Source: an uncultured Acidobacteriota bacterium
Lineage (GTDB): Bacteria > Acidobacteriota > Thermoanaerobaculia > UBA5066
Assembly: GCA_963721385.1 (NCBI GenBank)
Contig: CAVRJB010000013.1
Span: forward strand, 548,338-612,337
Length of the DNA: 64,000 bases
Direction: 5' to 3'
The position numbers were made by a program, and so were the translations under genes. Below are positions 57,443-64,000 of this stretch, piece by piece; position 1 is the stretch's first letter; every line of letters begins with the position of its first letter. Below the pieces are notes generated by a model. That model was not told where the DNA came from, made no database searches, and worked only from the letters and a program-made list of their open reading frames with translations.

Positions 57443-58456
57443 TCAGGACGAGGCGGAGGCCGGCGGCGGCGCGGCGGGGACGGCCGGCCGGCCCAGCGCC
57501 GTGAGGCCCGAGAGCCCCCCGAGGCCCATCGTCTCGACGGCGCTCGAGGGGACGATCACCATCGAGCCCTTCTCCTTGATCGCCTCGTAGAGCATGTTCA
57601 TGGCCCGGAGGTGGAGCGCCAGCGGCTTCCCCTCGTACTCCTGGCCCGCGCTCACGAAGCGGCTGGCGATCTCCGTCTCCGCCGTGCCGAGGATGATCCG
57701 GGCCTGCCGTTCGCGTTCGGCCTGGGCCTGGCGCGACATCGCGTCCTCGAGCTCGGCCGGGATCTTCACGTCGCGGATCTCGACCGACTGCACGGTGATC
57801 CCCCACGGGCTGGTCTTTCCGTCGAGGATCGCCTGCAGCCCGCGGCCCAGCTTCTCGCGTTCGGTGATCATCTCGGCCAGCTGGTGGCGGCCAATCGCCT
57901 CGCGGAGCGCCGTCTGCGCCGAGAACCAGACGGCGTCGAAGTAGTCCGCCACCTCGAGGACCGACTTCTTCGCGTCCCAGACGGTCCAGAAGACGATGGC
58001 GTCGACATTGACCGGCACCGTGTCCTTCGTCAGGGCCGACTCCGCCGTCACGTCGGTCACCCGGAGCCGCTGGTCGACGATCTGCGAAACGACGTCGACG
58101 ACCGGGACGACGCCGAAGAGCCCCGGCCCCTTCAGGGCGTGGAACCGTCCGAAGCGGAGGACCACGGCCCGCTCCCACTGCGTGGCGACGCGGAGGGAGA
58201 AGAGAGCGAAGAGGCCGAGGACGAACCCCGCGGCGACGAACCCCTCCTTCCTCGTGAGGCCCGCCGTCACACCCCCCGCGGCGAGGAGCACGAGGAAGGC
58301 CGCAAGACCGACACCGCTGAAGAAGCGGCGGAGCTCGACCGCGTCCTCCCGCGCCTTGCGGCGGCGCTCGGAGCTGGCCGGCGCCCCCTTCTCGGGCGGC
58401 GGGGTCGCGTCGTCCTTCTTCGACCGGAACGATTTCGAGACGGTGATCGGGATCAT
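57443..58456 (-). CDS. SPFH/band-7 (stomatin/slipin-like) membrane protein
   Basis: The ATG at 58456 forms an ATGA overlap with the GntR stop. Sequence: MIPITVSKSF...TM helices FFSGVGLAAFLVLLAAGGV / FVAAGFVLGLFALFSL...QWERAVVLRFGRFHALKGPGLFGVVPVVD...DTVPVNVDAIVFWTVWD...ITVQSVEIRDVKIPAELEDAMSRQAQAERERQARII. Confidence 0.8.
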   Translation of the reverse strand: MIPITVSKSFRSKKDDATPPPEKGAPASSERRRKAREDAVELRRFFSGVGLAAFLVLLAAGGVTAGLTRKEGFVAAGFVLGLFALFSLRVATQWERAVVLRFGRFHALKGPGLFGVVPVVDVVSQIVDQRLRVTDVTAESALTKDTVPVNVDAIVFWTVWDAKKSVLEVADYFDAVWFSAQTALREAIGRHQLAEMITEREKLGRGLQAILDGKTSPWGITVQSVEIRDVKIPAELEDAMSRQAQAERERQARIILGTAETEIASRFVSAGQEYEGKPLALHLRAMNMLYEAIKEKGSMVIVPSSAVETMGLGGLSGLTALGRPAVPAAPPPASASS

Positions 58457-58855
58457 GACGTCCTCCTGCCGGGCTCGGCCGATCTTTCGGCGAGGGCCCC
58501 GGCGATCTCTTGGGGCGTGAAGCCGCGGGCCGCGGCGTGCGCGAGGAGCTGCCGGACGAAGGAGTCGAGCGCCTTCCGGCGCTCCGCGCCCTTTCGCTCG
58601 GGCTTCCGGTGGGCGACAAACGTCCCCGTACCCTGCTGCGTCGTGACGAGCCCCCGGATCTCCATCTCCTTGTAGGCGCGGGCGACCGTGTTCAGGTTGA
58701 CCGAGAGGTCGACGGCGAGCTGCCGGACGGTCGGCAGCTGGGTCCCCGGCGTTCAGCCGCCCGTCGGCCACCGCCAGCCCCACCTGATCGATGATCTGCC
58801 GGTAGAACGGCACCCCGCTCGCGGGGTCGAGGTGGAACGGGATGGCATCGGGCAT
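58453..58855 (-). CDS. GntR-family (YtrA/YhcF-like, short effector domain) transcriptional regulator; reading frame interrupted once
   Basis: The ATG at 58855 gives MPDAIPFHLDPASGVPFYRQIIDQVGLAVADGRLNAGD. After a shift at ggtcccc (58741-58747, one extra nucleotide) it reads QLPTVRQLAVDLSVNLNTVARAYKEMEIRGLVTTQQGTGTFVA, the GntR winged HTH. It continues in ORF 58453..58665. Confidence 0.7.
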
Positions 58856-58874
58856 GAGCGACGAGGGCCTTCTT

Positions 58875-58898
58875 AATGTACTAGTCAACTAGTACATT
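58875..58898. promoter_or_regulatory. palindromic operator, probable autoregulatory GntR/YtrA-type site overlapping the promoter of the GntR-SPFH operon
   Basis: AATGTACTAGT-ca-ACTAGTACATT: perfect 11-bp arms with a 2-bp spacer. It is AT-rich in a GC-rich genome and lies 20-43 nt upstream of the GntR start. It has a GT...AC core as in GntR operators. An extra half-site-like AATGTA lies at 58902-58907. Confidence 0.6.
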
Positions 58899-58934
58899 GA
58901 AAATGTAGGGCGCTCCGAAGGACCTGTCAAGGGG

Positions 58935-58976
58935 AAAAGAAAACCGGCGCCGGCCCGTGGAGGCCCGGCGCCGGTT
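58935..58976 (-). terminator. rho-independent terminator downstream of icd
   Basis: A 12-bp stem aaccggcgccgg / ccggcgccggtt (58942-58953 / 58965-58976). On the minus strand it is followed by uuuucuuuucccc. It lies 30 nt after the icd stop. Confidence 0.55.
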
Positions 58977-59005
58977 CCGGGGCGCTCAAGAATAGAGGCG
59001 GCCTT

Positions 59006-60304
59006 CTACATGTGCGCGATGACGGCGTCGCCGAACTCGCTGCACTTCACTTCCTTCGCCCCTTCCATCTGGCGGGCGAAGTCGTAGGTGACGATTCGGT
59101 CCTGGATCGCCCCGTCCATCCCCTTGAGGATGAGGTCCGCGGCCTCGGTCCACCCCATGTAGCGGAGCATCATCTCGCCCGAGAGGACGACCGAGCCCGG
59201 GTTGACCTTGTCGAGGTCCGCGTACTTCGGCGCCGTGCCGTGCGTCGCCTCGAAGATGGCGTGGCCGGTGACGTAGTTGACGTTGCCGCCCGGCGCGATC
59301 CCGATCCCGCCGACCTGCGCGGCGAGGGCGTCGGAAAGATAGTCGCCGTTCAGGTTCAGCGTCGCGATGACGTCGAACTCGTCCGGCCGCGTCAGGACCT
59401 GCTGGAGCGTGATGTCGGCGATGGCGTCCTTGATCAGGACCTTCCCCGAAGCCAGCTGCTGCTTCTGCTCGGCGTTGGCCGCCGCCTCGCCCTTTTCCGC
59501 CTTCGTCCGCTCCCACTGCTCCCAGGTGTAGGTCTGGGTCGGAAACTCCTTCTCGGCGAGGGCGTAGCCGCAGTTGCGGAACGCGCCCTCGGTGTACTTC
59601 ATGATGTTCCCCTTGTGGACGAGCGTGACGCTCTTCTTCCGGCTGCGGATCGCGTACTCGATCGCCGCGCGGACCAGGCGCTCGCTGCCGTCCTTCGAGA
59701 CCGGCTTGATGCCGAGGCCGGTCGAGTCGGGGAAGCGGATCTTCTTGTACTGCGGCGGGAAGTTCTCCTTCAGGAAGGCCAGGACCTTCTTCGCTTCGGC
59801 GCTGCCGGCGTCGAACTCGATGCCGGCGTAGATGTCCTCCGTGTTCTCGCGGAAGATGACCATGTCGATCTTCTCGGGGTGCTTGACCGGCGACGGGACG
59901 CCCTTGAACCAGCGGACCGGGCGGAGGCAGACGTAGAGGTCGAGGATCTGCCGGAGCGCGACGTTCAGCGAGCGGATGCCGCCGCCGATCGGGGTCGTGA
60001 GCGGCCCCTTGATGCCGACGAGGTAGTCGCGGAAGGCGTCGGTCGTCTCGTCGGGGAGCCAGGTCTGGGCGTTGTCGAACGACTTCTGGCCGGCCAGGAC
60101 CTCCATCCAGTGGATCTTCTTCTTTCCGCCGTAGGCCTTCGCGACCGCGGCGTCGAGGACGCGGACGCTGGCCCGCCAGATGTCGCGGCCGGTGCCGTCT
60201 CCCTCGATGAAGGGGATGATCGGGTTGTCGGGGACCTTGAGCTGTCCGCCGGAGATCGTGATCTTCGCTCCGCCGGCGGGGACTTTCGGCTTGGCGTCGG
60301 GCAT
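59006..60304 (-). CDS. icd: NADP-dependent isocitrate dehydrogenase (homodimeric, E. coli-type)
   Basis: The ATG at 60304 has RBS GAGGAGG. Sequence: [43 protein letters not shown]...[38 protein letters not shown] (contains the Ser of the GGIRSLN motif that AceK phosphorylates in E. coli)...[26 protein letters not shown]...[11 protein letters not shown]. Confidence 0.9.
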   Translation of the reverse strand: MPDAKPKVPAGGAKITISGGQLKVPDNPIIPFIEGDGTGRDIWRASVRVLDAAVAKAYGGKKKIHWMEVLAGQKSFDNAQTWLPDETTDAFRDYLVGIKGPLTTPIGGGIRSLNVALRQILDLYVCLRPVRWFKGVPSPVKHPEKIDMVIFRENTEDIYAGIEFDAGSAEAKKVLAFLKENFPPQYKKIRFPDSTGLGIKPVSKDGSERLVRAAIEYAIRSRKKSVTLVHKGNIMKYTEGAFRNCGYALAEKEFPTQTYTWEQWERTKAEKGEAAANAEQKQQLASGKVLIKDAIADITLQQVLTRPDEFDVIATLNLNGDYLSDALAAQVGGIGIAPGGNVNYVTGHAIFEATHGTAPKYADLDKVNPGSVVLSGEMMLRYMGWTEAADLILKGMDGAIQDRIVTYDFARQMEGAKEVKCSEFGDAVIAHM

Positions 60305-60368
60305 TTCGGAGCCTCCTCGGGCGCGGATCTTAGGGGCCCACCCTGTCCCCCACAACAGAGCGTTTGTA

Positions 60369-62100
60369 TCAGGCGGTCGCCGGGTCCGGATGGGGCAGCC
60401 GGCGGGCCTCCGGGTAGGGAAAGACGTCGAAGATCTCCCCCGCCCGCTCGCCGCCGCTGCATCTCCCTCCAGAAGCCGGGGAGAAGGAGGTCGGCGTGTC
60501 GCTCGAGGAACGCCGTCCGGCCGTCGCCGCGGAGCCCCATGAAGGTCAGGAACTCCTCCGGAAAGACGTCGTTCTCCCCGACGTAGAACCCCGGTTCGCC
60601 TCCGTCCCCGCCGTCCTCGTCGCCCGACGGGAGCTCGCGGAATCGGCAGTCGGTGACGAAGCAGAGCTCGTCGTAGTCGTAGAAGACGACGCGCCCGTGC
60701 CGGGTCACCCCGAAGTTCTTGAGGAGGAGGTCGCCCGGGAAGATGTTGGACCTTGCGAGGTCCCGGATCGCCTCGCCGAAGTCGAGGATCGCCCGCCGCG
60801 CCGCTTCGGGCGGCGCGTCCTTGAGATACAGGTTCAGAGGCGTCAGCCGGCGCTCGGTGAAGAGGTGGTGGACGACGACTTCGTTCCCGACGACCTCGAC
60901 CGTGCCGGCCGCGCCCGAAAGGAGCTTCTCGAGGAGTTCCGGGTTGAAGCGCGAGACCGGGAAGGAAAGGTGCTCGAACTCCTGAACGTCGACGAGACGC
61001 CCCGCCCGGCCGTGGCGGAAGACGAGACGGTACTTGTCGAGGACGTCCTGCCGCCCCGTCGTCTTCGGGTGGGCGAAAACGTCCCGGATGACCTTGAAGA
61101 CGACGTCGTACGACGGGAGGGTGAAGACGAGCATCACCATCCCCGCCTCCCCCGGCGCCAGGACGAACGGGTCGTCCGACGCCGCGAGATGCCGGAGGAG
61201 GTCGCGGTAGAGCTCGGTCTTCCCGTGCTTGTTGAAGCCGATCGCGGTGTAGAGCTCCCCGATCGGCTTCTTCGGCATGATCGTCTTGAGGAACGCCACG
61301 AGCGCCGCCGCGTTCGCGACGTCGACGTGGAAGTAGGAGCGCGTGAAGCTGAAGACGATCGAGGCTTCGTCCTCGTCCGCGAGGACGGCGTCCACGACGA
61401 CTTTCCCGCGGGGGTTCACGAGCGCGAGGAGGAAGGGCATCGTCCTCTCGCCGCGGCGGAGCCGGCCGACGAGATACGCCCCCTTGTTCCGGAAGAAGAC
61501 GGGGCGCAGCACCTGCGCCGTGTCGAATCCCGGCCCGCCCCAGAGCTCGGTGAGGTAGGCGTCCAGCTTCTCGGCCGCGAGGCTGGCGTCGCGCGACGCG
61601 TCCTCCCACCCGGCCGGGAACGGGTGCGCCGCGAGGATCCGGAAGAGGGCAGCGGCCGTTCCCTGCGCGCCGGAGTAGGTCTCCGCGAGGATCCGGGCGG
61701 CGCGAAGCGAGAGGGACGGGACCTCCGAGGCGACGAACTCCGTCCGCGGGTCGACGCCCACCGTGTGGAAGATCCGCCGCGACGCGGAGTTGAAGAACGT
61801 CTCGGCGAGCTCGATGTCCGGACGCCCGGCGACGAGAGAGGCGTACGCCTCCTTCATCTCCGACCAGACGGACTTGTCGCAGAGCCCCGCCTTGAGTATC
61901 GCCTCGAGGTCGGCGAGCGCCGGGTCGAGCACCTTCCGATAGAGCTCCAGCCGTTCGAGGGCGTCGGCGCGCATCCCGTGCCAGTCCCGGGAGACGAAGC
62001 GGTCCGGCGCGCGCCGCGTGATCTCCGCGAATGCGCGCCCATAGACCTCGTGCGCCTCGAGAATCCGTCTCGGCGCCGCGGAGGGCGGCGCCGGTGTCAC
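60369..62100 (-). CDS. aceK: isocitrate dehydrogenase kinase/phosphatase; C-terminal frame interrupted once
   Basis: The GTG at 62100 gives [56 protein letters not shown]...[13 protein letters not shown]...SYFHVDV...[19 protein letters not shown]...[20 protein letters not shown]...[27 protein letters not shown]...FWREMQ. After the C5 run at 60437-60441 (one extra nucleotide) the conserved ending [15 protein letters not shown]...stop (TGA 60371-60369) is recovered. Confidence 0.85.
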
Positions 62101-62184
62101 GTCCGGGTCTTCACGCGCCCGTATCGTACCGGGGGGAGACACGCGACTGGGTCGCGCACCGGCCGCGTGCGGCAGAATCGGCCC

Positions 62185-63406
62185 ATGAGCGACTTCTTCC
62201 AGAACGGGCAGATCACGACGCTCACCCGGCTCGGAGCGCGCCCCGCCGCGGAGCTCGAGGAGGCGATCGCCCGACACACGCGGCGGAATCGTGCGGCGCT
62301 CCTGATCCCCTGCCTCGTCTCGGAGCTGGAGAGACCCGCGCTCGCGCGAATCTGCGACGAGGTGGCGAAGGCCCCGTACCTCGACACCGTCCTCGTCTCG
62401 CTCGACCGGGCCGACGAGGCGGGCTACCGGGGCGCGCTCGACTTACTTCCGGCGCCTCGGCCGCCGGACCGTCGTCCTCTGGAACGACAGCCCGGGCGTG
62501 ACCGCCCTCCTCGAGAAGCTGGCGGCGAACGACCTCGCCCTCGGCGAGCGGGGGAAGGGGCGAGCCTGCTGGATGGCGTTCGGCTATCTCCTCGCGCAGG
62601 GAAATATCGAGTACATCGCGCTCCACGACGCCGACGTCCTCGACTACGACCGGGCGATGCTGGCGCGGCTCCTCTACCCGGTCGCCGATCCGATCCTGAA
62701 CTTCGACTTCTGCAAGGGCTTCTACGCCCGCTTCACCGACCGGCTCAACGGCCGGGTCGCCCGCCTCTTCGTCGGGCCCCTCCTCGCCTCGCTGAATGCG
62801 CTCCTCGGGCCCCACCCGTACATCGAGTTCCTGCAGTCTTTCCGTTATCCGCTGGCCGGCGAGTTCGCCGTCTCGGCCGACCTCGCGCGCCAGCTCCGCG
62901 TCCCGGCCGACTGGGGGCTCGAGATCGGCGTCCTCTCGGAGGTCTTCCGGCACCGCGCCGGGCGCCGGATCTGCCAGGTCGACCTCGCCGACCAGTACGA
63001 GCACAAGCACCAGCCCCTCTCTCCAGAGGACCCCACGGCCGGGCTGAACCGGATGGCTGGCGACATCGCCAAGCACCTCCTCCGGACGCTGGCGGCGGCG
63101 GACGTCGTCCTCTCCGAGGGGGCTCTGAAGTCGCTTCTCGCCTCCTACCAGCGACGCGCCGAGGATGCCGTCAACAGCTTCTACGCCCTCGCCAAGATGA
63201 ACGGGCTCACCTTCCTCCGCCACGAGGAGGAGACCGCCGTCGCGACCTTCGCCCGCGCTCTCAAGGCCGGCGCCGAGCAGTTCGAGCAGGATCCCCTCGG
63301 CGCCCCGCAGATCCCGAACTGGGCCCGAGTCCTCTCGGCCGTCCCGGACGCGGGCGACATCCTCCTCGAGTCGGTTCACGACAACGGCGGAATCCTCGAG
63401 CCCTGA
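62185..63406 (+). CDS. glucosyl-/mannosyl-3-phosphoglycerate synthase-like glycosyltransferase (compatible-solute type); reading frame interrupted once
   Basis: The ATG at 62185 gives MSDFFQNGQITTLTRLGARPAAELEEAI...AALLIPCLVSELERPAL...LDTVLVSLDRADEAGYRGALD. After a shift at about 62443-62448 (one extra nucleotide) it reads YFRRLGRRTVVLWNDSPGVTALLEKL...GKGRACWMAFGYLLAQGNIEYIALHDADV (DxD)...YPLAGEFAVS...QVDLADQYEHKHQ. The family-level call comes from motif memory only. Confidence 0.55.
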
Positions 63407-63414
63407 GTCTCCCG

Positions 63415-64000
63415 TCAGACGTGGCGGATGCCGGTGTCCTCGGACTCTGCCCGGAGCTTCTTCTCCAGGTAGCGGCGGGCGAGGTCGCGGGCTCCGAGGC
63501 CGAAAGCGAGGGCGAGGGCGAGCGCAAGCGCGCCCCCGACGATTGAAAACGCCGCGACGAGGATGGAGCGGGCCACACCGAGGTTGTCGAGCGCCATGGC
63601 CGCGAAGAAACCGAGGATGACGATGTGGACGCCGCGTGAGCCGGCACGCGCCCAGGGGAGGCCGGCGTTGACCGCGCCGAGCAACACGCTTCGGCGCGCG
63701 ATCGCGGCGACGCCAAGGCCGAGCAGGAGGATCAGCCCGGCGGCGAGGAGACGCGGGACGAACGCGACGATCTCGCTCAGGATGTTGCGGAGGGCGCCGG
63801 GTTCCAGAGCGTTGACGCCGACCGCCAGGACGGCGGCCACGCCGACCCAGAACGAAATGGCTCCGGCGGCCCGCTCGATGCCGGCATCGAGGCCGGCGGC
63901 GCGCAGGAACCGGTCGGGCAGGCTTCCGGGGCGCTTCCTGCCGCGGAGGACCAGCCGCGAGAAGAGCTCCAGAAAAGTGCGGAGGACCACGCCGATCAGG
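63415..64000 (-). CDS. polytopic membrane protein with repeated conserved-TM-helix motifs (MscS N-terminal-like); the 5' end probably lies beyond the window
   Basis: ORF 63415..63990: ...ISFWVGVAAVLAVGVNALEPGALRNILSEIVAFVPRLLAAGLILLLGLGVAAIARRSVLL..GLPWA...HIVILGFFAAMALDNLGVARSILVAAFSIVGGALALALALAFGLGARDLARRYL. The frame stays open to the window edge. Confidence 0.4.
   Translation of the reverse strand, partial: LIGVVLRTFLELFSRLVLRGRKRPGSLPDRFLRAAGLDAGIERAAGAISFWVGVAAVLAVGVNALEPGALRNILSEIVAFVPRLLAAGLILLLGLGVAAIARRSVLLGAVNAGLPWARAGSRGVHIVILGFFAAMALDNLGVARSILVAAFSIVGGALALALALAFGLGARDLARRYLEKKLRAESEDTGIRHV

Overview
This is a very GC-rich, gene-dense bacterial chromosomal window. I support about 58 protein-coding genes. 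I found no rRNA, tRNA, CRISPR array, transposase or integrase. Phylum cannot be read from the sequence; the gene content (many GT-C glycosyltransferases, a TPR-type Ser/Thr kinase, a giant sigma-54 activator) fits an Acidobacteriota-like organism, but that is inference only.

Main loci, in order:
- dppBC-type ABC permeases, followed by a roughly 1320-aa sigma-54 enhancer-binding protein.
- aroA and an lpxH-like gene.
- A three-gene decaheme porin-cytochrome module in mtrC-mtrA-mtrB order (14079 down to 9062, minus strand). This is the most interesting system in the window.
- An amino-sugar / polyprenyl-phosphate glycosylation cluster plus three GT-C (ArnT/PMT-like) membrane glycosyltransferases.
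- A membrane-anchored AraC regulator with an extracytoplasmic CBM9-like domain.
- An AGPS-like FAD oxidase / GlpD / FGGY kinase triad, a candidate ether-lipid precursor module.
- lpdA, then a complete kdp locus: kinase-only kdpD plus kdpE, a porin, kdpFABC, and a separately encoded KdpD N-terminal/USP sensor.
- A two-component cluster.
- A GntR-SPFH operon with a clear palindromic operator.
- aceK directly upstream of icd.

Caveat for every call: at least 18-20 conserved genes or gene segments are interrupted by single-nucleotide frame changes, mostly in G/C runs. I reconstructed those genes across frames. This looks like assembly indel error rather than biology, but I cannot prove that from the sequence.

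Many long ORFs in the six-frame track are GC-driven artefacts (Arg/Pro/Gly/Ala-rich, antisense or out of frame) and were ignored.
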